A stretch of 64,000 bases of DNA from Candidatus Acidiferrum sp. GTDB lineage: Bacteria > Acidobacteriota > Terriglobia > Acidiferrales > UBA7541. Shown here piece after piece: positions 1 through 9,611 of the stretch. The stretch covers positions 1,336 through 65,335 of the forward strand of contig DATGED010000090.1 in NCBI GenBank assembly GCA_035310525.1, in the 5' to 3' direction. How positions within the stretch are numbered: the first letter of the stretch is position 1; every line of letters starts with the position of its first letter. A program made the translations under genes and the position numbers. The notes under the pieces are model-generated. The model worked only from the letters and a program-made list of their open reading frames with translations, was not told the origin of the DNA and did no database searches.

Positions 1-447
1 TCCCATCCTGTGATTCTCATCCTCGCTGGTGTGCTATATGTGGTGGAATTTTTCGCGGACAAGATCCCGTACGTTGATACCGTTTGGGATGTAATTCACA
101 CTTTCATCCGCCCGCCTGCGGCCGCTCTTCTTGCCTACAGCGCGGCGAGTTCCGCTCCCGCTGAGTGGCGCTGGGGTGCCGCATTGCTTGCCGGAGGCGT
201 CGCCCTCACGTCCCATGGCACCAAAGCGAGCGCTCGCGCCGCGGTCAACACTTTGCCAGAACCGTTCAGCAACTGGGCTTTGAGTTTTGGAGAAGACGTC
301 CTGGCAGTCTGGCTTACGTGGATGGCCACAGTCCATCCCGTGGCAACGACCATCATCGCTGTCGCTCTCGTGGCGCTCTCGATTTTTCTATTGTTCCATC
401 TTTTCCGATTCGCGCGCCGCGCCCTGCAGCGATTGCTTGCAGCGTGA
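1..447 (+). CDS. DUF4126-family membrane protein (5' end outside the window)
   Basis: Frame open from base 1; family-typical motifs EFFADKIPYVDTVWD.IHTFIRP and PEPFSNW.LS..ED; hydrophobic helices. Confidence 0.8.
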   Translation, partial: SHPVILILAGVLYVVEFFADKIPYVDTVWDVIHTFIRPPAAALLAYSAASSAPAEWRWGAALLAGGVALTSHGTKASARAAVNTLPEPFSNWALSFGEDVLAVWLTWMATVHPVATTIIAVALVALSIFLLFHLFRFARRALQRLLAA

Positions 448-455
448 ATTGCCCG

Positions 456-2513
456 CTATTTCAAATATGTCGCCAGCCAATCCAGAAAGGTCTTGTACCA
501 GAAACGACTGTTCTGGGGTTTCAACACCCAGTGTCCCTCATCCGGGAAAATGACCAGCTTTGACGGCACGTCCTGGCGCTGCAAGGTATTGAAAAATTCC
601 AACGATTGCGTGTAGGGCACACGATAGTCCCGTTCGCCGTCAATCACGAGTGTTGGCGTTTTGAATTTGCCCAACTCGGCTGCGTAAGTCATCGGCGCCC
701 ACTTATGATAGCTCTCGGGATTCGTCCAGGGCGTGCCCTGCATATCGTGCTCTTCAAACCACAGCTCTTCCGTTGCGTACATAGAGTTTTTATCGAAAAT
801 GCCGGCGTGGCTGATGATGGCCTTGAAGCGGCCGGTGTGAGTTGCAATCCAGTTGGCCAGGTAACCGCCGTAGGATCCTCCGGCGGCGGCCATGCGCAAC
901 CCATCCGTGAAGGGATATTTCTTCAGAACGAAATCCACACCATCCATCACGTCCAGATACGGTTTGCCGCCCCAATCGTTTGTGATTTCGTCCGTGAATT
1001 TCTGGCCGTAGCCCGTCGAGCCGCGCCTGTTAATCATCAGTGTCACGTAGCCCGGCGCGGAAAATACCTGGGCGTTCCAGCGGTAGCCCCATGCATTCGA
1101 CCACATCGTCTGCGGCCCGCCGTGTAAAAGCACCAGCAGCGGAAATTTCTTTGCCGCGTCAAAATCCGGAGGCCGGATCATCATGGCTTGCACGCGCGTT
1201 CCGCCAGCTCCCTCGAACCAGAATGTCTCCGGCTCGTTCATTTTGAGCGAAGCGAGTATCGAGTCGTTTTGATGAGTAAGTTGCCGAACGCCGGTGCCAT
1301 CGCTCGCAGCCGCAAAAATTTCGGCAGGCTTGGTCAGGCTCGTGCGTTCGAATACCAAAGTCTTCCCGTCGCCACTGACCGAAATTCCCGAGTTGTAAGT
1401 GTTCGCAATCAGTTTTTTCGGCTCGGCTCCCGCGCGAGGAGCCATTGAGTAAATCGGCTGAAGAGTTTCGTCTTCAGCCGTGAAATAGATAATCTTGCTG
1501 TCCGCTGACCAGGCGAGCTCGCCGGCGCTGCGATCAAAACTCTCTGTTAAGTTCTCGATCTTTCCTGTCGCACGATCAAAGAGCATCACGCGCCAACGGT
1601 CCGACTCATACTCGGGCATCAACTGTGCGTGAAATGCGATGTACTTTCCATCGGGCGAATACGTCGGTTCTCCGTCAAATCCCGGCTGCTTCGTGATTCG
1701 CTTTACTTCGCCGCCCGACACAGGGGCAACGAACAAGTCTCCGTTTGTGCTGATGGCTTCCACTGGATCGGTTACGGCTGTGAAGCAAATTTCCCTCGAG
1801 TCCGGCGAGAAATTCAAATCGGCGGGTCCGCCTCGTTCATCGGGAGGCACATCATAGTTCGCGCCGGCCGTCAGATCGCGCGGAGTTCCACTGCCGTCGG
1901 CGGCTGCGACAAACAAATGGCTTCGTTTGCCTTCGTTCCAATGTGTCCAGTGGCGATAGAGGAGATGCTCCGCGACGTGCGCTTTCACTTTGTCTTTTAC
2001 TTTTTCGGAGTCTCGCGCGCTGTTGCAGGCGTCGTCCTTGCAGTCCGGGTACACTCCCGAGGTGAACGCAATCATTTTCCCGTCCGGCGACCACTTGACG
2101 ATATCCGCACCCGTGGAGAGATGCGTCAACGACCTAGCTTCGCCGCCCTCCATCGAAAGCAGGTAGACCTGCGGTTCCCCGCTTCGCGAGGACAAGAACG
2201 CTATCGTTTTTCCGTCAGGCGACCACACCGGAGAAGAGTCGTGCCCGCTCTGCGTAAGCTGCAGCGATTCGCCGCCGCCCGCCGGCACAATCCAGATATT
2301 GCTCGCGTTGCGATTTGCATCGAGATCCGGAGTCGAGACCGTGTACGCCACCCACTTGCCGTCCGGCGAGACCTGTGCTTCTCCCACGCGGTGCATCCGA
2401 ATCAGGTCGCCGAAAGTGATCGCATGCTTCGCCTGTTCTTGGGCCCGCGCACCCATCTGTGCAGCCGATACCACCAAAAGCAAAAGACCGCACCGCAAAA
2501 CGGCCCGATTCAT
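456..2513 (-). CDS. S9-family (prolyl oligopeptidase/acylaminoacyl) peptidase, secreted
   Basis: ATG at 2513 with GGAGG RBS; signal peptide; PD40 repeats (WSPDGK); HGGP, nucleophile GGSYGG, D in DYRVP, H in DEGHW. The 900-aa ORF start overlaps the upstream gene and was shortened. Confidence 0.92.
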   Translation of the reverse strand: MNRAVLRCGLLLLVVSAAQMGARAQEQAKHAITFGDLIRMHRVGEAQVSPDGKWVAYTVSTPDLDANRNASNIWIVPAGGGESLQLTQSGHDSSPVWSPDGKTIAFLSSRSGEPQVYLLSMEGGEARSLTHLSTGADIVKWSPDGKMIAFTSGVYPDCKDDACNSARDSEKVKDKVKAHVAEHLLYRHWTHWNEGKRSHLFVAAADGSGTPRDLTAGANYDVPPDERGGPADLNFSPDSREICFTAVTDPVEAISTNGDLFVAPVSGGEVKRITKQPGFDGEPTYSPDGKYIAFHAQLMPEYESDRWRVMLFDRATGKIENLTESFDRSAGELAWSADSKIIYFTAEDETLQPIYSMAPRAGAEPKKLIANTYNSGISVSGDGKTLVFERTSLTKPAEIFAAASDGTGVRQLTHQNDSILASLKMNEPETFWFEGAGGTRVQAMMIRPPDFDAAKKFPLLVLLHGGPQTMWSNAWGYRWNAQVFSAPGYVTLMINRRGSTGYGQKFTDEITNDWGGKPYLDVMDGVDFVLKKYPFTDGLRMAAAGGSYGGYLANWIATHTGRFKAIISHAGIFDKNSMYATEELWFEEHDMQGTPWTNPESYHKWAPMTYAAELGKFKTPTLVIDGERDYRVPYTQSLEFFNTLQRQDVPSKLVIFPDEGHWVLKPQNSRFWYKTFLDWLATYLK

Positions 2514-2575
2514 GGTATTTCCTCCACAGATTTCAACATGAGTTGTATTTGCTACGCGCGCAACTTTGGATGATG

Positions 2576-3931
2576 TCACGATTGCCGTGCGATTCCAAGC
2601 GTGCGGCGACGCGCCCAAACCCAGTTCAACAAAGCGAGGGCTATTGTGGCGGACATTACAATCAATTCGGCTCGATGCATCTGCAATAGAAGCACGCCGG
2701 TGAACGCAAGCCCCAGAACCGTAAAAAGCATCCCTGCCCGCAGGCGGAACTTGCCTCCCTGCGGAAACCTTCGTCTCAGGGCAGGCAGAGCGGCGACCAC
2801 GGCAGCGTACATAAAAAGCCGTGAAATCGCGGAAAGCGACGCGTTCCACCGGAAATCTCCTCCAATCGAAAAGAAGAGGAGCATCAGCGCAAAAACTATG
2901 ATGGACACGTGCGGCGTCCGGTATCGCGGATGAATCGCTCCGAATAACGAAGGGAAGTCTCCGCGTTCCGCCATCGCGAAAGTGACGCGCGGGGTGTGCA
3001 ACATGTTCGCGCTGAGGTAGCCGTACACAGAAATCAACGTTCCTGCCGCGACGAGACTCACTCCGACGGGCCCAAGGAACTGACGGGCAGAATCCACCGC
3101 CGGCTTTGTCGTCGCCGCCGGATCCGCCAGCGTGTAAATGACAACAACTTGCACGCAAACATAAAGAACCGTCGCGGTCACCATCGCGATCAGGAGCGCG
3201 ATGGGGGCGTCTTTCCGCGGATCGTTCGCCTCGCCCGATGCAAAGAGTGCCGCCTCGAATCCTCCATAAACGTAAACCATGAGAAGGATGGCCTGGAATC
3301 CGTTCGCCGCCGTAACCGGGACCGTGGCGGGAATCACCCGTATACCTGGATGCAAAGCCAGTGCGACAAATCCGCCGGCGATGAAAAGCGTAAGCAGGAG
3401 AACTTTGGTGACGGTAAAGAAATTGCTTAAGGCATTTCCGCCGCTTACTCCACGGTAATTTACGACCGCGAGAAACCCGATAAGCACCGCAAGGATTGCA
3501 CCGCGAACCCAGGCCTTACTCGCGGCAGGCACAAACGCGGTCAGGTAAGTGATAAAAAGATTCGCCACGCCGGAGCACGCCGTGATTCGGGAGAGCCACG
3601 TGAGCCATCCGATCTGGATTCCCGCGAATTGCCCGAACGCGACCCTCGCGTACAGATAAGGGCCGCCGGCTTCCTGAAAATACGAGGCAACTTCCGCCAA
3701 GCAAGCGGCGATCACGGAAACTCCTGCAAACGCGATCAAGTATCCCGCCGGGCTGAACTTTCCCAGGTAACCGGCGATGATGGACGGGAGTCCGAAGATG
3801 CTTGCGCCAATCATCGTATTGAGCATCAACGCCGCGAGGCTCCAACGGCCGATCGTCCGAACCAGGCCGCCGGACGTCCGTCCCAGGCTTTTGTCCGGTG
3901 CACTCAATTTTTCTCCACAGGCCGAATCCAT
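2576..3931 (-). CDS. APC-family amino acid permease
   Basis: About 12 TM segments; TM1 IGASIF.LP, EAGGPYLY, YGGFE, TPHVSI motifs. Confidence 0.9.
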   Translation of the reverse strand: MDSACGEKLSAPDKSLGRTSGGLVRTIGRWSLAALMLNTMIGASIFGLPSIIAGYLGKFSPAGYLIAFAGVSVIAACLAEVASYFQEAGGPYLYARVAFGQFAGIQIGWLTWLSRITACSGVANLFITYLTAFVPAASKAWVRGAILAVLIGFLAVVNYRGVSGGNALSNFFTVTKVLLLTLFIAGGFVALALHPGIRVIPATVPVTAANGFQAILLMVYVYGGFEAALFASGEANDPRKDAPIALLIAMVTATVLYVCVQVVVIYTLADPAATTKPAVDSARQFLGPVGVSLVAAGTLISVYGYLSANMLHTPRVTFAMAERGDFPSLFGAIHPRYRTPHVSIIVFALMLLFFSIGGDFRWNASLSAISRLFMYAAVVAALPALRRRFPQGGKFRLRAGMLFTVLGLAFTGVLLLQMHRAELIVMSATIALALLNWVWARRRTLGIARQS

Positions 3932-4092
3932 TCAGCAATCCGGAGGAATATGAATCACGCGCCAAAAAATCTGGCCAGCGTAGCACGAATTCCCTACCAC
4001 CTCGTGCAACAAGCTGTTTTGGAAGCGCCGCATCCGTTGTGCTCTCGTCGGGCCGGCGGCGCAAGTCTGTTACAATCGCTCAACGAGTAAGC

Positions 4093-5430
4093 ATGTCAAC
4101 CGACGCCGCTCTCTTTCCGCGCAACTTTCAAAAGGCGTTCCCGTTCGCCGTCCGTGGCGAAGGCTGCTGGCTCTTTTCCCGGGATGGACGCAAATTTCTC
4201 GACGCTGCGGGTCAGGCGGCAGTGGTCAACATCGGCCATGGCGTGCAGGAAATCGGCCGCGCCATGGCAGAGCAGTCTTCTCAACTCGCTTTCGCTCACA
4301 CTTCCCAGTTTCATTCAGCGCCCGCAGAAAAACTTGCCGCGCGGCTTCTCGCCATGGCTCCGGACAATTTTCAGAAAGGCGGCCGCGTCTACTTCACCTC
4401 CGGCGGTTCCGAGGCTACGGAAACGGCCATCAAACTTGTTCGCCAGTATTTTCTTGAGAAGGGAGAGCCAGCTCGTTACCGGGTGATTTCCCGCCGGCAG
4501 AGTTATCACGGCAGCACGCTCGGAGCGATGACCGTCAGCGGTAATGTTGCCCGGCGGGCGCCCTATCAACCGATGCTTGCGGAATGGGGCCACATTGCTC
4601 CCTGCTTTTGCTTTCACTGCCCGTTTGAAAAAACTTTTCCCCAATGCCAACTCGCTTGCGCCGATGACTTGGACTCATTCCTCGGGACCGGGGACGTAGA
4701 CTCCGCCGCCGCGTTCATCTTTGAACCAGTCGTGGGTGCAACTCTCGGGGCCGCCGCGCCGCCGGAAGGCTATGCCTCACGGATCGCCGCGATTTGCCAG
4801 AAGCGCGGGATTCTTCTGATTGCCGACGAGGTTATGAGCGGCATGGGCCGTAGCGGCAAACCATTCGCCGTGCAGCTCTGGGCCGTCGAGCCGGACATCA
4901 TTCTTGCTGGCAAAGGGATCGCCAGCGGATATGCTCCGCTCGGAGCAGTTCTCGTGGCACCACATATCGTTGAAGCATTTGAAAGAGGCGGCGCCGCGTT
5001 CAAACATGGATTCACCTACCAGGCTCATCCCGTCGCAACAGCCGCGGGAAATGCCGTTCTCGATTACATCGAATCGCATAACCTTTTCGCTCGGGTCACT
5101 CCGGCGTCCGAGGCATTGCGCGCCGCGCTCAGCCCGCTGCAATCCCATCCGCACATCGGTGAGATCCGCGGGCTCGGTCTCCTTCTCGGCATCGAATTCG
5201 TCCGCGACAAGTCCACGAGAGCCCCGTTTGATCCATCTGACGGCATTGCTGAAAAGATTCGCGCAGCCGCGATGGATGCGGGAATATTGACCTACCCGAC
5301 GCAAGGCTGCGTTGACGGAATTCGAGGCGATCACATTCTCCTCGCGCCGCCGTTCATCATCAAGCCCGAGGAATCGGCGCTCATCGCCACCGCACTCAGC
5401 TCGGCCCTAGCAAAGTTGTTTCCCAATTAA
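4093..5430 (+). CDS. Class III PLP-dependent aminotransferase
   Basis: SGGSEA, SYHGST, FIFEPVVG, LIADEVMSGMGRSG, AGKG (PLP lysine), HGFTY; ATG 4093 follows a TGtTACAAT extended -10. Confidence 0.92.
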   Translation: MSTDAALFPRNFQKAFPFAVRGEGCWLFSRDGRKFLDAAGQAAVVNIGHGVQEIGRAMAEQSSQLAFAHTSQFHSAPAEKLAARLLAMAPDNFQKGGRVYFTSGGSEATETAIKLVRQYFLEKGEPARYRVISRRQSYHGSTLGAMTVSGNVARRAPYQPMLAEWGHIAPCFCFHCPFEKTFPQCQLACADDLDSFLGTGDVDSAAAFIFEPVVGATLGAAAPPEGYASRIAAICQKRGILLIADEVMSGMGRSGKPFAVQLWAVEPDIILAGKGIASGYAPLGAVLVAPHIVEAFERGGAAFKHGFTYQAHPVATAAGNAVLDYIESHNLFARVTPASEALRAALSPLQSHPHIGEIRGLGLLLGIEFVRDKSTRAPFDPSDGIAEKIRAAAMDAGILTYPTQGCVDGIRGDHILLAPPFIIKPEESALIATALSSALAKLFPN

Positions 5431-5497
5431 CATCTCGCCGTTTTTGTGAGTTGTAGCGTAGTCTGTTCGTTGATTCCATCGAGGAGATTGCCTCCGA

Positions 5498-6691
5498 ATG
5501 CGTCCTCATTCTTTCACGTTTGCAATTTCACTCTTTGCAATTTGTCTAGCGGCAACCCCACTCAAGGCCCAGGAAAGCCCCCACGCCAAGCCTCGCGCTC
5601 GCGATATCGGCGTTCCTTTTGATGGCGTTCCAGGCCCGCTCAACGCCATCACTGACGTTCCCGGCCTCACCGTTGGCCACACCACCCTCATTTCAGGCGA
5701 AGGGAAACTGCAGGTTGGAAAGGGGCCCGTGCGGACCGGAGTCACGGCAATTCTTCCGCGCGGGAAAGACACGATGTCGAATCCAGTATTCGCAGGGTGG
5801 TGGTCGCTCAACGGGAACGGCGAAATGACCGGCACAACGTGGGTAGAAGAATCGGGCTTCCTCGAAGGTCCGGTGATGATCACTAACACGCACAGCGTCG
5901 GCGTCGTTCGTGACGCAGTAATTCAATGGCGTGTGAATCATGGCCAACCCGATCCGACTGGTTATTGGTGGTCGTTACCTGTCGTTGCGGAGACATGGGA
6001 CGGCTGGCTGAATGACATCAATGGCTTTCACGTAAAGGCCGAGGACGCATTTCACGCCATCGACTCCGCGCATGGCGGTCCCGTCGAAGAAGGGAATGTT
6101 GGGGGCGGGACCGGGATGGTTTGCAACGAGTTCAAAGGCGGCATAGGAACCTCATCGCGCCGATTCGAAATCAAGGACGTGAGCTACACGGTGGGGGTTT
6201 TAGTGCAATGCAATTACGGACGCCGGCAAAACTTGCGAATAGCCGGCGTGCCTGTCGGCCAAGAAATTGCGGAAGATCCGGCTTATGCCAGTGCCTCATT
6301 TAGCGGCATCGAGCGCGGGTCGATTATTGTCGTCGTTGCGACAGATGCTCCGCTCCTCGCGCATCAACTCAACCGGCTTGCGAGGCGGGTCTCGCTCGGG
6401 CTCGGTCGCGACGGGAGCACATCCGGCAATGGTTCCGGCGACATTTTTATCGCGTTTTCAACTGCCAACATGGGAGCGGCTGCAGCGGATCACATCGTCG
6501 ATCTGAAAATGCTTCCGAACGATCTGCTCGAACCCATCTTCGCCGCGACGGTGCAGGCCACGGAAGAAGCCGTGATCAACGCCATGATCGCCGCCGAAAC
6601 CATGACGGGTATCGAAAACCACAAGGTCATGGCCTTGCCGCACGACAAACTTCGCGAAGTCTTGAAAAAATATAATCGCCTGGCGAAATGA
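5498..6691 (+). CDS. DmpA/BapA-like (P1/S58) aminopeptidase, secreted
   Basis: NAITDVPG, RTGVTAILP, EGNVGGGTGM, autoprocessing site G|SIIVVVATDAP, GSGDIFIAFST; signal peptide; GGAG RBS. Confidence 0.92.
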   Translation: MRPHSFTFAISLFAICLAATPLKAQESPHAKPRARDIGVPFDGVPGPLNAITDVPGLTVGHTTLISGEGKLQVGKGPVRTGVTAILPRGKDTMSNPVFAGWWSLNGNGEMTGTTWVEESGFLEGPVMITNTHSVGVVRDAVIQWRVNHGQPDPTGYWWSLPVVAETWDGWLNDINGFHVKAEDAFHAIDSAHGGPVEEGNVGGGTGMVCNEFKGGIGTSSRRFEIKDVSYTVGVLVQCNYGRRQNLRIAGVPVGQEIAEDPAYASASFSGIERGSIIVVVATDAPLLAHQLNRLARRVSLGLGRDGSTSGNGSGDIFIAFSTANMGAAAADHIVDLKMLPNDLLEPIFAATVQATEEAVINAMIAAETMTGIENHKVMALPHDKLREVLKKYNRLAK

Positions 6692-8205
6692 TACGCAGTC
6701 GCAAACCCCCGCTCATCGTCAGACCAAGAGAATTCGGGTCGGGAGCCCTCGAGCACCTGTCCCGCTACGTGCTACTCGCACTGTCGGTTGCCAGTCTTTT
6801 CTGTTCGTGTTCTTCGGCTCCGCCTGCATCCCTCGCCATCACGCATGTCACGTTAATCGACGCCACGGGCGCCGCTCCCAAGCCGGATACGACCGTCCTC
6901 ATTGCGGACAAGGAAATTGCGGCCATCGGTCCGTCAAAATCCCTGCTCATACCTCGCCACACAAAAACTCTCGACGCGACGGGCAAATTCCTGATTCCAG
7001 GCCTCGTCGATATGCACGTTCACCTCACGGGAGCGTCGGAGCCTGCAGGCAGTCGCGAATTCATCCTGCCGCTGCTTCTTGCCAACGGTATTACAACCGT
7101 GCGCGACATGGGCGGCGATCTCGATTCGCTCAATGCTCTTCGCCATGAGATAGACGAAGGCAAGCTTCAAGCGCCCAGAATTTTCTTTGCCGGTCCTTAT
7201 CTTGACGGCAAACCGCCCTTTTTCCAACCCTCGCTGATAGTCACCAACTCCGCCGAAGCTGTCCAAGACGTCCACAGTCTGATTTCGCGCGGAGCGGATT
7301 TCATCAAGGTGCAATCCGGCCTCAGCCGTGAAGCTTATTTCGCCATCGCGGACGTCTGCCGCCTCGAGCACATCACGTTCGTCGGGCACGTGCCTGATCG
7401 CGTAACAGCCGGAGAAGCTGCCGACGCGGGCCAAAAAAGTATCGAACATCTCACCGGCGTCCTTCGCGCGTGCTCGAATGACGAACCGCGTCTCATCCGC
7501 AAACAGTTCGCGTCCGCGGCCACGAAGGCAACGAGTGCAAAATCCAGAATCCGCCAACTCGCCTGGCAATTCGAATTGCTGCAGAGCTATTCCGACCGCC
7601 AGGCGACCGTGTTGATTGAGAGATTCCTCCGCGATCGCACCTGGCAAGTACCCACGCTCATCCTCCTGCGCAACGATGCCTTTCCGACGCCCGAATCCGA
7701 CCCATCGCACGATCCTCGACGCAAGTACATTCCAATCCACGTGCTGGAGAATTGGGAAAAGGGATCGCAAGACCGCGACAAGGGCGCGACGCCGGAGGAA
7801 TATTCATTGCGCGGCCGATTAATGCGAGCATCGCTGCAAATCGTGGGGAAAATGCAGAGGGCGGGTGTTCCGATCCTGTCCGGCACGGATACGACGGCGC
7901 CATTCATTTTTCCGGGTTCCAGCCTTCACGAAGAACTCGCACTTTTGGTTCAGGCAGGCCTTACGCCCATGCAGGCTCTGCAGGCCGCAACAAAACTTCC
8001 AGCGGAGTTTCTGGGCAGCCAGCAAACTCAAGGAACCATTGAGAAGGGTAAGCTCGCGGACCTGGTTCTCCTCAACGCTAATCCGCTTGACGACATTCAC
8101 AACACGGAGAGAATCAGCGCGGTGATCCTGCGCGGCAAACTCCTGGACAGGATTTATTTGGACGAACTGCTAACTAAGGAAGAGAATTTCGCGCGGGCTC
8201 ACTGA
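6688..8205 (+). CDS. Amidohydrolase-superfamily protein, probably exported
   Basis: PGLVDMHVH, GITTVRDMG, GHVP, SIEH, GTD, GKLADLVLL; ATGA overlap with the DmpA-like gene; exact start uncertain. Confidence 0.88.
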   Translation: MIRSRKPPLIVRPREFGSGALEHLSRYVLLALSVASLFCSCSSAPPASLAITHVTLIDATGAAPKPDTTVLIADKEIAAIGPSKSLLIPRHTKTLDATGKFLIPGLVDMHVHLTGASEPAGSREFILPLLLANGITTVRDMGGDLDSLNALRHEIDEGKLQAPRIFFAGPYLDGKPPFFQPSLIVTNSAEAVQDVHSLISRGADFIKVQSGLSREAYFAIADVCRLEHITFVGHVPDRVTAGEAADAGQKSIEHLTGVLRACSNDEPRLIRKQFASAATKATSAKSRIRQLAWQFELLQSYSDRQATVLIERFLRDRTWQVPTLILLRNDAFPTPESDPSHDPRRKYIPIHVLENWEKGSQDRDKGATPEEYSLRGRLMRASLQIVGKMQRAGVPILSGTDTTAPFIFPGSSLHEELALLVQAGLTPMQALQAATKLPAEFLGSQQTQGTIEKGKLADLVLLNANPLDDIHNTERISAVILRGKLLDRIYLDELLTKEENFARAH

Positions 8206-8211
8206 ACCGCG

Positions 8212-9414
8212 CTAAACGACAGGGACGGCAGTTTTTCTTGGTGGATTAAGAAAAGGCAGCGCGACGACCTTGGCTGAAACCGTGTGCCGCACGGCTTCGA
8301 CGGTCATTTCCATCTTCAGCGTCGCTCCGACGGTCGACTGATCGCGGTTCACACACGCGAGCGCGATCATCTTCTTCAATGTCGGCGACCAAGTGGTCGA
8401 GGTCGCCTTCCCTACCTGTTTGCCGTTTTGATAGACGGGCACGGCAAGGCGCGAAGCCACTCCTGGGACTTGCGGCGCCATCCCCATCTTGTCGAAGAGA
8501 GCCTCGACTTCGTTCCAATTGACTTCCAGGCCGACGAGTCTTCGCTCCGCGCCGCCGTTATTCTTCTCCCGGACAAGCGCCTCGCGCCCAACGAAATTTT
8601 CCTTCTTCAAGTCCACGAGCTTTCCGAGCCCAATTTCGGAAGGCGAATACTTCTGCGAATCGATCAACGCTTTCTTGCTGGAGCTGTAGTCCACCTCGAT
8701 CAAAATAAGTCCCGCTTCGATCCGCGCGATATCCAGCGCAATCATTCCCGCGGGATGAATGTCGAACGATTTGCCTTTCTTGATGAGTTCGTCCCAGACT
8801 TTTCCGGCACTTGTCCAGGGCATCCAAATCTCAAATCCCAGGTCACCGGTGTATCCCGTCCGCGAAATGTCAACGGGCACGCCCGCGATTTGTCCGCGCG
8901 TAACCCGAAAATACTTGAGATTCGCGATGTCTGCGTCCGTCACCGCGCGCAGCAATTTTCCTGACGTCGGACCCTGGAGCGCGAGAGCAGCAATCTGTTC
9001 TGAAATGTCCTCGATTTTCGCGTCAAGGGCCAGTGCATTTTGCTCGAACCACCGCAAGCTGGGGTCGGCAGCCGTCCAGCGATATTCATTTTCGCCAAGC
9101 CGGGTGATGGTGCCGTCGTCGATTACTTTTCCCTCGGTGTCACACCAGCAGCAGTAAATAACCTGATCGATGGCCACTTTGTTGATGTCGCGCGAAATCA
9201 CGCGGTTCACAAAGCGGGTCGCATCGCTTCCCGTGATCCTGTACTTGAACAATGGGGAGATGTCGATGAGCGCGGCGGAATTCCGGATCGCGTTGTATTC
9301 GTGCTCGTGATGCATCTCGTAGACGCTAACGGTGTAATAACCCGACCATTCGCGGTAGTTCAGGCTTTCGCATAGCGCAAACGTCTTCTCATGAAAGGCG
9401 GTTCCGACTGGCAC
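8212..9414 (-). CDS. GcvT-like aminomethyltransferase/THF-dependent demethylase family protein
   Basis: DISPLFKY, DDGT, ALQGP, SRTGYTGDLGFE, ARIEAG; GTG start 9414; no gcvH/gcvP adjacent. Confidence 0.85.
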   Translation of the reverse strand: MPVGTAFHEKTFALCESLNYREWSGYYTVSVYEMHHEHEYNAIRNSAALIDISPLFKYRITGSDATRFVNRVISRDINKVAIDQVIYCCWCDTEGKVIDDGTITRLGENEYRWTAADPSLRWFEQNALALDAKIEDISEQIAALALQGPTSGKLLRAVTDADIANLKYFRVTRGQIAGVPVDISRTGYTGDLGFEIWMPWTSAGKVWDELIKKGKSFDIHPAGMIALDIARIEAGLILIEVDYSSSKKALIDSQKYSPSEIGLGKLVDLKKENFVGREALVREKNNGGAERRLVGLEVNWNEVEALFDKMGMAPQVPGVASRLAVPVYQNGKQVGKATSTTWSPTLKKMIALACVNRDQSTVGATLKMEMTVEAVRHTVSAKVVALPFLNPPRKTAVPVV

Positions 9415-9611
9415 AATTCCCCCGAGATTCTTCCGCAGCAAGCGTGGCGGCGACGAAAGGGGATTATAGGGGCGAACTTCACGCCTCCGCAAGCCGTTGT
9501 GCGAGCGAGTGCGATGGAAGCCATCAGTGCAGTTGATGTACAACCGCGCGGCCCTAGCAAGTGCGGAACGACATGGATAGAATGTCAGAGAGCGATAGAG
9601 GTGAAACGGCG

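Noticed and set aside
2514-3158. N-terminal 215 aa of the 900-aa ORF
   Set aside because: Overlaps the permease in another frame; the real start at 2513 has an RBS and signal peptide
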